A stretch of 64,000 nt of DNA from a virus. The DNA lies in the IMG/VR virus record IMGVR_UViG_3300032308_002246, positions 96,001 to 160,000 of that record, one strand, 5' to 3'. Shown piece after piece: positions 46,137 through 55,617 of the stretch. The notes under the pieces are model-generated. The model saw nothing but the letters and a program-made list of their open reading frames with translations, did no database searches and was not told the DNA's origin. The position numbers and the translations under genes were made by a program. Numbering within the stretch: position 1 is the stretch's first letter; every line of letters begins with the position of its first letter.

Positions 46137-47026
46137 CGACAATTGACACATATCTAAAAGGTGACTACAAAAAAGCTTACGAAGTTATTCACCCCATTTC
46201 CCTTTATGACATCCCTATTGCTTCTGCGGATGGAAAAGTAACAGATTTATTTGCTGACAGAAAAGGCAAAGTAACGCTTATATTCAACTGTGCTGCTGGT
46301 TGCGGAAATATCCCACAGCACGGAGTTATTGAGCAGCTGAACCAGCGCTATGCAAATGAAAAAGACTTTGACATCATTGCAGTAGTTGTTGATGACTTTC
46401 AGTGCCACGGATACAAAGAATTCCAAGATGGGATTGCCTCGTACTGTCAAACAGTTGGCCTTGACATGTCGGTTGGTGAATTTGCCAAAAAGTATGCTGA
46501 GGAAAATTTTGGCACCACTTTTGAGTTCTCAGAACTCACAAATGCCAGATTTGACAAAGTTACATATGAATCAGATTTTGCGCCAAATACGAGCATAAAC
46601 CAAACACAAAATTCTCTTTGGTACTACCTAACCGAGGGCTATAAGGCAACAGTTAACAAACTTGGCATACCCTACACAGGAGAAGTTGTTCCTTGGTCAA
46701 ACGGACAAGAGGAGTACCTAGGTGGAGATGCTACAAAAGCATTCCCAATAACAGGAAATTTTACAAAATTTTTGATTGATAGAACCGGAACTAAAACAAA
46801 GCGATACTCCAACGGCTTTCTTCTTGGAGAGCGAGATGTTGATGGCGAAATTTATCCTTGGCTAAACGAAAAGCTTTTAGATGATGGCAAAAAAGACTGG
46901 AAACCGTTTACAGGCAAAAAAGAAAACGGTGAGCCATGGGTCGAACCAAGCGCCAAAGGACAAGGCGTTGAATTATCGCTTGATTTGATTAGCCGTGACA
47001 TTGAAGATTACCTAGCTCAACAGTAA
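46133..47026 (+). CDS. Glutathione peroxidase family protein (Cys type, with insertions)
   Basis: KGKVTLIFNCAAGCGNIPQH...NFTKFLIDRTG; ATGA overlap. Confidence 0.82.
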   Translation: MTTIDTYLKGDYKKAYEVIHPISLYDIPIASADGKVTDLFADRKGKVTLIFNCAAGCGNIPQHGVIEQLNQRYANEKDFDIIAVVVDDFQCHGYKEFQDGIASYCQTVGLDMSVGEFAKKYAEENFGTTFEFSELTNARFDKVTYESDFAPNTSINQTQNSLWYYLTEGYKATVNKLGIPYTGEVVPWSNGQEEYLGGDATKAFPITGNFTKFLIDRTGTKTKRYSNGFLLGERDVDGEIYPWLNEKLLDDGKKDWKPFTGKKENGEPWVEPSAKGQGVELSLDLISRDIEDYLAQQ

Positions 47027-47050
47027 TTAAAAACAATGTAGTCTGAGTAC

Positions 47051-47668
47051 ATGGAATCACCATGGAAAATACAGCCTGGATTTTTTGGAACTGGTCCTGA
47101 AAACATTCATGTAATTAAGGATTTCATTGATAAAAAAGATGTTGAAACCATATCCTCATTTGCAAAAACCATAAATGAGTGGTCAAACGGCTCAGACGAA
47201 GACATCTTTGATGAAAACGGTGTATGCACTTATAGCGCTGCATACTGGAATGACAGGCAGTGTACTTGGGAAATTCTGCAAAGAATAAATAAAGATGTCT
47301 ATGATTTGATTGATTTCTATTTAGACAAAATGGCTGTTACTGCAGGCGAAATTTTTGGATGCAAACTACAGAAACGACCCCCCTGCATTGTTAGATGGTT
47401 CAAGGGTATTGAACAACGTCCTCATGCTGACAAGCAAATGAACGATGGGTCCCCAAATCCTTTCCCCACATACGATATAAACTCGCTTTTCTACTGGAAT
47501 AATGACTTTGAAGGTGGCGAGCTTTATTACCCACAGCACGATGTTGTCGTGAAGCCAGAGCCTGGGCTAGCCGTAATCCACCCCGGAGACATAAACTATC
47601 TACACGGTGTCAAGCTCGTTACGAGCGGGGAGCGATACACCTCTCCGGCATTCTTTACAGTGGAGTGA
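47051..47668 (+). CDS. 2OG-Fe(II) dioxygenase
   Basis: HAD...YWNNDFEGGEL...HGV...RYT. Confidence 0.9.
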   Translation: MESPWKIQPGFFGTGPENIHVIKDFIDKKDVETISSFAKTINEWSNGSDEDIFDENGVCTYSAAYWNDRQCTWEILQRINKDVYDLIDFYLDKMAVTAGEIFGCKLQKRPPCIVRWFKGIEQRPHADKQMNDGSPNPFPTYDINSLFYWNNDFEGGELYYPQHDVVVKPEPGLAVIHPGDINYLHGVKLVTSGERYTSPAFFTVE

Positions 47669-47669
47669 C

Positions 47670-48332
47670 ATGGGACAAGAACCGCGTTTTATAAATACTC
47701 CAAGAATTGGATTGTTTGTTGATTACTTGCCAAAAGAAGAATGGGAAGTAGTAAAAGAATACTGCGAAAACAATGAGGCAAAATTTGAGTTCGTTGGGCA
47801 CAATCCTGAAATTGGATGGAAAAAGAAAACACACTCACGTCACCCAGAGATAACTTTTCAAACATCTTTTCTCCCAACCAAAGAGGAAATTGACTCCGGT
47901 GGTTACATGACCAATGGCGATAACTACAAGATTTCCATGCATGAACCAGCAGACGAGCAGGTTAAAAAAATATTGCTATGGATGTTGATAAATGTTAGAG
48001 ACACAATAAAAACAACCTACGGCAATAAAACATACTTTGAAAGCGGCCCATGGTTGTCAATGGCCAAAGAAGGCGACAACATGGGGTTGCACTGCGATGG
48101 CGTGTTTCTGGACAAAGTTGGAGCTGTTACTGATTTTTCATGCGTTTACTATGTGAACGACGAATATGAAGGCGGAGAAATTTACATGCCAATTCTTGGC
48201 GTAGCTATTAAACCTAAAGCCAATTCTCTTCTAATTTGGTCTCACACTTGGCATGAAGACATGGCTCACGGAGTTAGGCCAATCATTTCTGGAACTCGTT
48301 ATATGTCGCAAGGGTTCTTTACCACTGTATAG
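47670..48332 (+). CDS. 2OG-Fe(II) dioxygenase
   Basis: HCD...YVNDEYEGGEI...HGV...RY; ATG at 47670 preferred. Confidence 0.9.
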   Translation: MGQEPRFINTPRIGLFVDYLPKEEWEVVKEYCENNEAKFEFVGHNPEIGWKKKTHSRHPEITFQTSFLPTKEEIDSGGYMTNGDNYKISMHEPADEQVKKILLWMLINVRDTIKTTYGNKTYFESGPWLSMAKEGDNMGLHCDGVFLDKVGAVTDFSCVYYVNDEYEGGEIYMPILGVAIKPKANSLLIWSHTWHEDMAHGVRPIISGTRYMSQGFFTTV

Positions 48333-48341
48333 ACTGTTGGC

Positions 48342-49007
48342 ATGAAAACAGAAATACTTAGTGACCCGCGCCTTGGGGTTCTTGTATACAAGAATGCACT
48401 GCCTAAAGAACTGGACATCATAAATAGGCTTGAGTCAACTATCGGAGACAGCACGACGATGCCTTTCATGTGGTGCGAGGCTCTTGTTGGTTATTCACAA
48501 AAGATGCCAGAGTATCGAGACTGTGTTGACTGCAAAATTGGACAGGTCCACATGGACCATCTGCACCATTACCCACAGTTCGCAGAGCTAAAGAACATTT
48601 ACAACGACACGGCGAATGCAATCCGCGCATGCATGAATGATTATCAAAGCCGCTACAACATAAATATGGAGTATATGGAGGCAATTAACTTCGTTCGATA
48701 CGGAGCGAATCAGCACTTCCAGGTCCACACTGACCACGGGTTTTCTTATACTTGCACAGTTTCTTCTGTCGTCTACTTCAATGACGACTATGAAGGCGGT
48801 GAGCTCTGGTTCCCTTACCTAGATTTGACATTCAAACCAGAAACTGGGGACATAGTGATGTTCCCGTCAACATTTATTTATGCACATGCTGCAAAACCAG
48901 TTACCAGCGGCGTTAAGTACTCTGGAGTAACGATGTTTGATTACAACGACAGGAATCACGACATCAAGGGAAGCTACGACGGAGTAAAGGCTCCAGCTGC
49001 TCAGTAG
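48342..49007 (+). CDS. 2OG-Fe(II) dioxygenase (prolyl-4-hydroxylase-like)
   Basis: FVRY...HTD...YFNDDYEGGEL...HAAKPV...KYS. Confidence 0.92.
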   Translation: MKTEILSDPRLGVLVYKNALPKELDIINRLESTIGDSTTMPFMWCEALVGYSQKMPEYRDCVDCKIGQVHMDHLHHYPQFAELKNIYNDTANAIRACMNDYQSRYNINMEYMEAINFVRYGANQHFQVHTDHGFSYTCTVSSVVYFNDDYEGGELWFPYLDLTFKPETGDIVMFPSTFIYAHAAKPVTSGVKYSGVTMFDYNDRNHDIKGSYDGVKAPAAQ

Positions 49008-49555
49008 TGGCTGTTGTAGGCATCTACTCTCCGGGGGCTATGGGTTCTACCCTTGCTTATTCCTGTTCTGTAAATGGCCACAAAACAATATGGGCATCAG
49101 AGGGTCGTTCTGAAAAAACATTAATCCGTGCAAAAAAATTTGGCATAGAAGATGTCGTTTCACTTGAAAACCTTTTGGGAAAAAGCGATTTTATATTCTC
49201 GATTGCCAGCAACTTTGACGCATTTGAATTTGCTCGTGTTATTGCATCAATGAGTTTCAAAGGAATCTATGTTGACTTCAATACCATGTATACAGATACC
49301 GACGGAACCGAACTTGAGAACATACTCACCCCAAATAAAATAAAGTACGTTGAAGGCGCACTTCGTGGCTGGCCAGTAAAAGAACCAGGAGAAGAAATAA
49401 CCAGCGAGAAAACAATGTATCTATCTGGTCTACATGCGAATACAGTAAAAGAACTATTTGGAAATTTTTGGAGAATAAGAACCATGCCCAAATCAGCAAA
49501 ATTGTTAAACCGAGTACTTGCAGAGGAGTTGGCGATTATCTATGGTCAAGGTTAA
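49007..49555 (+). CDS. NAD(P)-binding Rossmann protein (6PGD / 3-hydroxyisobutyrate dehydrogenase N-domain-like)
   Basis: VGIYSPGAMGSTLA...WASEGRS...SDFIFS...YVDFN. Confidence 0.75.
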   Translation: MAVVGIYSPGAMGSTLAYSCSVNGHKTIWASEGRSEKTLIRAKKFGIEDVVSLENLLGKSDFIFSIASNFDAFEFARVIASMSFKGIYVDFNTMYTDTDGTELENILTPNKIKYVEGALRGWPVKEPGEEITSEKTMYLSGLHANTVKELFGNFWRIRTMPKSAKLLNRVLAEELAIIYGQG

Positions 49556-50246
49556 TCTAAAGAGAACATACGATAATCCACCAGAAATAAGACAGTCACG
49601 AATAAACCGTGACTGGATGGATGAAACATATAAAAAGCACGCATACCAGTGCTTGCCAATGACTTTTGCAAATGTATACGGATGGGAGCTAGTGCTCCCG
49701 CAGACAGTTATTGCTCAATGGGACGGCGGCAACACTGTTCCTACGATTCTTGAGGGCGAATCATACGGTGGCAGACAGTTGGCCTACGGCGGAATAATAG
49801 GCATGGTTTCATTCTCTACAGGGTGGATTTTTGGGACAGACACTGGATACGAAACATTTATTGGTGGCTCACCCAACTATGTTAGAGAAGATGCACAGGC
49901 ACTATCCGCAATCATTCCGAGTAGCTGGTGGCCAGATGAGTTCCAAATGAACTGGAAGATAAACAAAGTAGGAGAACCAGTTGTTTTTGAAGCCGGTATG
50001 CCTTTTATGTTTTTTTCAATATTTGAAAGCAATGTATTAGAAAATGTAGATTTCACTGTTGATAACCTTTGGGATGATAAAGAGCTAATGGATTCTCGAC
50101 AAAAATACGGTGACTTGAAAATGAAGAACAATCAAGAGCAGCCATGGACCTGGACAAAAGGCATAAAAACAGGACTTGATGCTGACGGCAACAAGATTGG
50201 TCCAACATTTACAGGGATGCCAAAACTGCAAATTCCAGGACAATAA
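49542..50246 (+). CDS. DUF6065-like protein
   Basis: RDWMD...HAYQCLPMTFANVYGWEL...GSPNY...FQMNWKI...FEAGMPF. Confidence 0.72.
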   Translation: MVKVNLKRTYDNPPEIRQSRINRDWMDETYKKHAYQCLPMTFANVYGWELVLPQTVIAQWDGGNTVPTILEGESYGGRQLAYGGIIGMVSFSTGWIFGTDTGYETFIGGSPNYVREDAQALSAIIPSSWWPDEFQMNWKINKVGEPVVFEAGMPFMFFSIFESNVLENVDFTVDNLWDDKELMDSRQKYGDLKMKNNQEQPWTWTKGIKTGLDADGNKIGPTFTGMPKLQIPGQ

Positions 50247-50248
50247 CA

Positions 50249-50866
50249 ATGTCAATGCTTGACTATAAAAATCTACTGCTTAAAAACATACATGTTATTG
50301 ATAATTTTGCAACTGGTGAAGAATTATCAAAAATTCTTGATAGGTGTTATGAATTCTCAGAATGGGACAACACCTGGCAGGAGTATGTAGGCGGTCAGGG
50401 ATATACCGAAAGACCAGATTGCCAAGAAAGAAAAGACGTATCTTCTAGGGCATTGTCTTTGGTTTCCGCAACAGTCGGCAGGAGATTGTGTTTTCTTTAT
50501 GAACCATACCTAAGAAAATACCCACCTGGCTCTTATCTAAAAATGCATGCGGATGCAGAGGGTTATTATGGAAGCAATCCAGAACCACTGAAAAACTACG
50601 ACCCCACAAACCAAATGTCAGAAGTTCTAAATGAATGTTCATCAATTCTTTACCTGAATGAAGACTACGAAGGTGGAGAATTGTACTTTGAAGAATTTGA
50701 CATGTTGATTAAACCCAAAGCCAATCAGCTGGTTTTCTTTCCAAGTGGCTCCGAATTTAGACATGAAGTGAAGCCGGTAATTAGTGGTGATAGATACACA
50801 CTTGCGTCTTTTTATACGACTGATAAGCTGGTTGGCCTTCACGAGAAAATACGAGAACTTATATGA
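50249..50866 (+). CDS. 2OG-Fe(II) dioxygenase
   Basis: HAD...YLNEDYEGGEL...HEVKPV...RYT. Confidence 0.92.
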   Translation: MSMLDYKNLLLKNIHVIDNFATGEELSKILDRCYEFSEWDNTWQEYVGGQGYTERPDCQERKDVSSRALSLVSATVGRRLCFLYEPYLRKYPPGSYLKMHADAEGYYGSNPEPLKNYDPTNQMSEVLNECSSILYLNEDYEGGELYFEEFDMLIKPKANQLVFFPSGSEFRHEVKPVISGDRYTLASFYTTDKLVGLHEKIRELI

Positions 50867-51078
50867 AACTTGGAAAATACGACTCTCTTATGGCAAAAAA
50901 CAGAGCTGCGCGATTCTTGGCTGCGTCAATAGGGGAGACGAGCCAGTTGATGACTCTCGAGAATATGTCTCTTGTCTATTCTGGGGAAAACCCATATGAA
51001 GAAGGAACCATAGAGCACAATGCCTTCAGGCTGTTGTCTAGCGAGTATTCAGCATTGGAAGCCCTAAAAAATGGATGA
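50863..51078 (+). CDS. Hypothetical protein
   Basis: ATGA overlap; 71 aa. Confidence 0.6.
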   Translation: MKLGKYDSLMAKNRAARFLAASIGETSQLMTLENMSLVYSGENPYEEGTIEHNAFRLLSSEYSALEALKNG

Positions 51079-51259
51079 GCCACAGGATTTTAAAATGAGC
51101 ACCAGAAAAGGTGAAGCCATAACAGACACCGAAGAGTGGGATAACGAGATTATTGAATGGGACCCAAGCACTGGTGTTTACTATGTTGCTGGTAAGCCGG
51201 TATCAATGTGTCAGGGTGTAGCAATGTTTGATGTTAAGGATAATGATGAGCAAGTATGA
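51071..51259 (+). CDS. Hypothetical acidic protein
   Basis: Overlap-coupled; 62 aa. Confidence 0.55.
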   Translation: MDEPQDFKMSTRKGEAITDTEEWDNEIIEWDPSTGVYYVAGKPVSMCQGVAMFDVKDNDEQV

Positions 51260-51527
51260 CCCTGTTGCTGATTTAGAGTATCGCTCCGAGCAGCTAGCAG
51301 CATATCTATTCATTCTTGGATTTGATGAATCACGCTTTGACGAGGTCACGATTGACGACTGTATTAATGCGATTAGAGATAGGTACCGCTACGACCATGA
51401 CACGGAAATCGATTCAGATGTAAAAGACTACATAAAAAGACAGAACATTACACTTACAAGAAATGTCCGTCGTGCTTGGTTTGATGTACAAGTAGCATTG
51501 CATGAGGTGCAAAATGGAACAAAGTAA
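51243..51527 (+). CDS. Hypothetical protein
   Basis: AAGGA SD before MMSKYDP; overlap-coupled. Confidence 0.6.
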   Translation: MMSKYDPVADLEYRSEQLAAYLFILGFDESRFDEVTIDDCINAIRDRYRYDHDTEIDSDVKDYIKRQNITLTRNVRRAWFDVQVALHEVQNGTK

Positions 51528-52248
51528 AAGATACGAACCAGAGGTTTCTTTTGACTTCAGTTCACTGCAGTTTGACTGGGAACAATATGCAGACCAGTGC
51601 AACCGCGAGGATGGTGGGCATTCTGTTGCTATAGCTGAATATCTTTTTAACAAGGTTGGCATTGATAGGAGAAACATTGCCACAGGTGGAGCAAGCGACT
51701 ACGAGTTTGTAGTTCACTACCCAAGACCAAACCTGTCAAGTGCTTATGGTCAAGCTCAATGGATGTCCATCCTCATGATTCTCGGCATCATGGATATATC
51801 CAAAAAGAAAAATGTATTGGCAGTTTCTGGTGGTTTAGATAGATTTAGGCTGAAGGTGTTCAAGTCGCTACACGGCGCAAACATCACATTTCTGAATAAC
51901 AAAAAACTTAGTTTGTACGAAAAATTCCAAGACCCTATTGACGACTACAACGTTGTAACTATGCAGGATTTTGAGAAACACCCAAACAACAAGTACGACA
52001 TGATGCTTTCGTGGTCTCAGGACATGGAGAATCCACTGATTCCAATAAGTTCTTTTGTAGACAGACTTGAAGACAATGGAATTCTGATAATTCAAAACAC
52101 ATCTGACAGCATGTTTTTATACAACAATCACACCAAAGCAACACCAATTTGGGGATATCACGAAGCTCTTAAAAATATTGGCGGCTGCAGTGTCTACCAT
52201 ATTCCAGTTTTTTACGGAATCACAATCGTTGTAAAGAGCGCAACATGA
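51514..52248 (+). CDS. Class I SAM methyltransferase-like protein (divergent)
   Basis: KKNVLAVSGG (degenerate motif I), KYDMML, LEDNGILII strand pattern; GAGGT SD. Confidence 0.45.
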   Translation: MEQSKRYEPEVSFDFSSLQFDWEQYADQCNREDGGHSVAIAEYLFNKVGIDRRNIATGGASDYEFVVHYPRPNLSSAYGQAQWMSILMILGIMDISKKKNVLAVSGGLDRFRLKVFKSLHGANITFLNNKKLSLYEKFQDPIDDYNVVTMQDFEKHPNNKYDMMLSWSQDMENPLIPISSFVDRLEDNGILIIQNTSDSMFLYNNHTKATPIWGYHEALKNIGGCSVYHIPVFYGITIVVKSAT

Positions 52249-52919
52249 TTATAAAAGATAATGCACTAGCTGATTCTTTATATCAAGAACTGCTATCAGA
52301 TGATGCTTTTTTCCCTGAGTCAATGGGTTCTGACGAGAGATTAGCAACAGAGCTCAATTCATATCACTACGAAAAATCTAGTTGTTTTGCTCCCTATATG
52401 TTTTGGGATGGATGGTGGGCAACCCCAGCAAACACATTGAGGAAGAAAGTTGTTCAAGCAATTTGGGAAGACAACCTCCCATGCGATACAAGCGAAATAC
52501 TTGGAATCGAGTATTGGACAAGAACTTATCTACCTGGCCAGTATCTGGATGTGCATGTTGATGAGGATACATTTCTTTATCAGGAATCAAAAACATTTAG
52601 CGGTCCGTTGACAGGCTCAATACTCTACGGAGTAGATAATGACAATGGTGGTTTTGTAGAAATATACAACAAAGCAGTTTTGAAAGATGGAGAAAAATTA
52701 GCTATTGAAGCAGAAAGCATAAACTCTTTGTTGGTTCCGGTAGAAGAGCGAGAGAGAATAGCCTACAAAGGGAACCGTGTAATTATTTTTGATACCGGCC
52801 ATGTGGTTCATGGAACAACTCCAGCAAAGAGTGGAATCAGGCAAGTAATGGTAACAAATGTATGGCATCGCAACAATCCCCCAACAGCTCTAAAGTTGGG
52901 AGAATTTTTTTATGAGTGA
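52245..52919 (+). CDS. 2OG-Fe(II) dioxygenase-like protein
   Basis: EYW...HVDED...GG...NRVIIFD..HVVHG...RQV. Confidence 0.8.
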   Translation: MIIKDNALADSLYQELLSDDAFFPESMGSDERLATELNSYHYEKSSCFAPYMFWDGWWATPANTLRKKVVQAIWEDNLPCDTSEILGIEYWTRTYLPGQYLDVHVDEDTFLYQESKTFSGPLTGSILYGVDNDNGGFVEIYNKAVLKDGEKLAIEAESINSLLVPVEERERIAYKGNRVIIFDTGHVVHGTTPAKSGIRQVMVTNVWHRNNPPTALKLGEFFYE

Positions 52920-53814
52920 TGTTAAAAAGGTAAACCTTTTATCAATTGACATATTTAAAACAAAAATTAATGACATTGACAACCAGCGGCTGTTGCAAGA
53001 GATTTTAAAATCAACCAATGATATTGATGATTCATTTATTGAAAATAAATATCATACTTATTATGAAGACAAAAGGTATCCGTTTGGTTCTGCTGAGTCG
53101 GAAAAACTAATAAACAAGTTGGCAGAAGCAGTTTCTGGTTCTTTAAACAAAGAAATGGTGCTTAGTAGCATTTGGACACTAACTCTTGGTTATGGACAGT
53201 CGGTATCTGCTCACTCGCATAAATCAAACACTCACCTTCGTCCAGAAGAGTACTTTTCAATTGCCTATTACCCAAGCGCCCCCAAGGGAAGCGCAGACTT
53301 GATATTTATGGTTAATGCCGGAAACACTATAGAAAAGTCTGTTGAACTAACACCGGAAACTGGTGACCTAATTATTTTCAACTCTTATTTAATGCATATG
53401 ACCAATAGGCACGGCAATAAAGAAGAACCTCGAGTCGTTATAAGCGCAAATTTTTCTCCGAAATACCCGAATTCAACACCAACTCAGGATTGGAGCGCTT
53501 ACGCAAGACACCCAGAGGACAGTGAAATTATCTACGATAAACGTTACTCATTAACGATACGTACTCCCTTTGGCAAGGAAGATGCAACACTTGGAATCAA
53601 AGGTGATATTGCGGAAATATTTAATCCAACCGGAAAATACTTTATAGAAAAATTTATTGAAACAGAAGATTCATTCAGTTCTGAATTTTCTGTTGATGTG
53701 CCAATGGTTACCACTGTTAGTATTCAGTTGTCGTTTACTGAAAACAGGGCCATTGAGGGCTCTATTTTTATTGGTGAATTTGCTAAATACCATGTGAGTG
53801 GGGTGGTGTTGTGA
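52912..53814 (+). CDS. 2OG-Fe(II) oxygenase (TIGR02466-like) with C-terminal extension
   Basis: W...HSH...SIAYY...PETGDLIIFNSYLMH...RVVISAN. Confidence 0.8.
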   Translation: MSDVKKVNLLSIDIFKTKINDIDNQRLLQEILKSTNDIDDSFIENKYHTYYEDKRYPFGSAESEKLINKLAEAVSGSLNKEMVLSSIWTLTLGYGQSVSAHSHKSNTHLRPEEYFSIAYYPSAPKGSADLIFMVNAGNTIEKSVELTPETGDLIIFNSYLMHMTNRHGNKEEPRVVISANFSPKYPNSTPTQDWSAYARHPEDSEIIYDKRYSLTIRTPFGKEDATLGIKGDIAEIFNPTGKYFIEKFIETEDSFSSEFSVDVPMVTTVSIQLSFTENRAIEGSIFIGEFAKYHVSGVVL

Positions 53815-54422
53815 GCGAGTCTATTTACAACATCCCAATAAATTCAATTGACGGAGATAAAGATATGCTATCAGGCCTCAATGGAATGGTTACATTGTTC
53901 TTCCCTTTTGCTTCAAAAGCTGGGTATGAGCCAAAATGCAGCCGTGTTTGGTCTTATGCTAGAACTTCCAGAAAGCTCTGGGAGATGCAAAAGCTGCACG
54001 AAATGTTTGAAAACTTCTCTGTTGTTGGGGTACCAACAAATCAGTTTTGGAACATGGAGCCTTTGGAAAATGAACAGATATCAAAATTTATAAAAGAAAC
54101 ATACCCATTCGTCAAGTTTCCAATTACTGAAAAAGTGGTTATAAACGGAGATGACGAGCATGCAATCTGTTCGCATATGAAGGGTTATACCAAGCGACTT
54201 GTTGACGACACAAAAGCTGGTAACAGCTTTGCTGCATCACAGGGTCAAAATCTTGCTGGTGGAGCTGTACACAAAATACCCGCTTATTACGAAAAGTTTG
54301 TAGTCAGCAAAGAAGGTCGACAGGTCTACAGATTTGGGTTTGCTACTAAACCCTTGGCAGACAGGGTTGAAACCACTGACATGGATATGACTGTAATTCA
54401 GGCAGTACAATCATTACTATGA
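53811..54422 (+). CDS. Glutathione-peroxidase-like protein lacking the canonical peroxidatic Cys
   Basis: ASKAG in place of ASxCG; VVGVPTNQF...EP...FPITEKV...YEKFVVSKEG. Confidence 0.8.
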   Translation: MSESIYNIPINSIDGDKDMLSGLNGMVTLFFPFASKAGYEPKCSRVWSYARTSRKLWEMQKLHEMFENFSVVGVPTNQFWNMEPLENEQISKFIKETYPFVKFPITEKVVINGDDEHAICSHMKGYTKRLVDDTKAGNSFAASQGQNLAGGAVHKIPAYYEKFVVSKEGRQVYRFGFATKPLADRVETTDMDMTVIQAVQSLL

Positions 54423-55279
54423 GCGATTTCAACTTCAAACCAGAGCATCTTGGTGGCGGAACAGTAATTTTTAAGGATGCAATTAATGTTCCACAAAAAG
54501 AGGCATTTGAACATCTTGACCGGATGAAAGATGAAGCATTCAGTAACTCATACACAATCGTTAAGAATGAAGAAGGTAATCCACTCCACGCAATAAACAA
54601 AGGCGGGTTCATATATGACCTTGAAGATATGGATAGAGCTCCAATACGAATTGGCAACTTGGATATTCCATTCTTTCAAGAATGTGAAAAAGCAATTTAC
54701 GGTGCCCTACTTCGCTACATCGAGATGTTTCCAGCTGTACTGCAGTGCCTTTGGTGGAAGAGCCCTGGCCATGTTTTGCGTTATGCCAAGAGCGGTGGAC
54801 TTGGTTTTCATGCAGACAATGATGTCAACTATAGATATGGGAGAGAACCCAAAGAGCAACACGCAACCAGAAATGTGTTATCAGCTCTCGTGTATCTAAA
54901 CGACTGCACCGATGATGAATCTATTGAGTACTCATTTTCCGGAGGTCACATGACGATTCCATACTTTGATATTGACCTAGCTCCATCAACTGGGGCAATA
55001 GTTCTTATGCCTGCAAACTATATTGGCGCTCATCAAATCCACGAAGTAACTAGGGGTGTTAGATATTCATACTTGACATGGTTTGCTCAAGGCTCCGAAG
55101 ACCCAGAACGCGGGTGTTCTCCGGCTCACCCAGAAGAGACCATGTTCCAGAACAACGGGCAATGGTGGCTTCCATCAATTCTCAAGGATTACGAAAACTA
55201 CATAATTGAAAAGTACGGTTCTTTGTTAAATGCCCCACAGGAAAAAGTAGATTACCTGAGCAGGGCCAACGACCACTAA
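54419..55279 (+). CDS. 2OG-Fe(II) dioxygenase (HLGGG subfamily)
   Basis: EHLGGG...WWKSPGH...HAD...YLND...HQI...RYS. Confidence 0.9.
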   Translation: MSDFNFKPEHLGGGTVIFKDAINVPQKEAFEHLDRMKDEAFSNSYTIVKNEEGNPLHAINKGGFIYDLEDMDRAPIRIGNLDIPFFQECEKAIYGALLRYIEMFPAVLQCLWWKSPGHVLRYAKSGGLGFHADNDVNYRYGREPKEQHATRNVLSALVYLNDCTDDESIEYSFSGGHMTIPYFDIDLAPSTGAIVLMPANYIGAHQIHEVTRGVRYSYLTWFAQGSEDPERGCSPAHPEETMFQNNGQWWLPSILKDYENYIIEKYGSLLNAPQEKVDYLSRANDH

Positions 55280-55599
55280 ATCTTTTTTGTAAACATCTTT
55301 TCAGTTACAAATAAATGCTTTGCAAGAGTACTTGATGAGTGAATTATCCCAAGTGGATTTGGAACATTAAATTCGTTGAGGATGTCTGCCATCTTCCCGT
55401 TTGCAATGTCATCCCAAAAAGCCATCATTGCTTCCGCTCCAGTGCGGCCAGCTATGTAGTATTTTTCTTCAATTTGACCCGGGAGAACATTGTCTGCCCA
55501 GTGGTTGTAACCATCTTTTTCTACCATGTTTGGCAGCTTGGCAAACTCCTGGACCATAATTTCTGTCCACCGATTGAATGCGTCGTTCTTTTCGCTCAT
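55276..55599 (-). CDS. Hypothetical protein, single inverted gene
   Basis: MSEKNDAF... start at 55599, 6 nt after a TATGAT -10 element. Confidence 0.7.
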   Translation of the reverse strand: MSEKNDAFNRWTEIMVQEFAKLPNMVEKDGYNHWADNVLPGQIEEKYYIAGRTGAEAMMAFWDDIANGKMADILNEFNVPNPLGIIHSSSTLAKHLFVTEKMFTKKI

Positions 55600-55617
55600 T
55601 CGGCTATCATACACCGT
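55600..55617. promoter_or_regulatory. Bidirectional overlapping -10 elements for two leaderless genes
   Basis: TATCAT (+, 55605-55610) lies 7 nt before ATG 55618; TATGAT (-, 55611-55606) lies 6 nt before ATG 55599. Confidence 0.6.

Noticed and set aside
45558-47026. Selenocysteine or stop-codon recoding in the GPx genes
   Set aside because: Active-site codons are TGT/TGC and genes throughout read normally in code 11.
55339-55617. 93-aa N-terminal extension of the 383-aa ORF
   Set aside because: It is antisense to the real 55276-55599 gene; paralogues begin near the HLGGG motif, so the start is ATG 55618.
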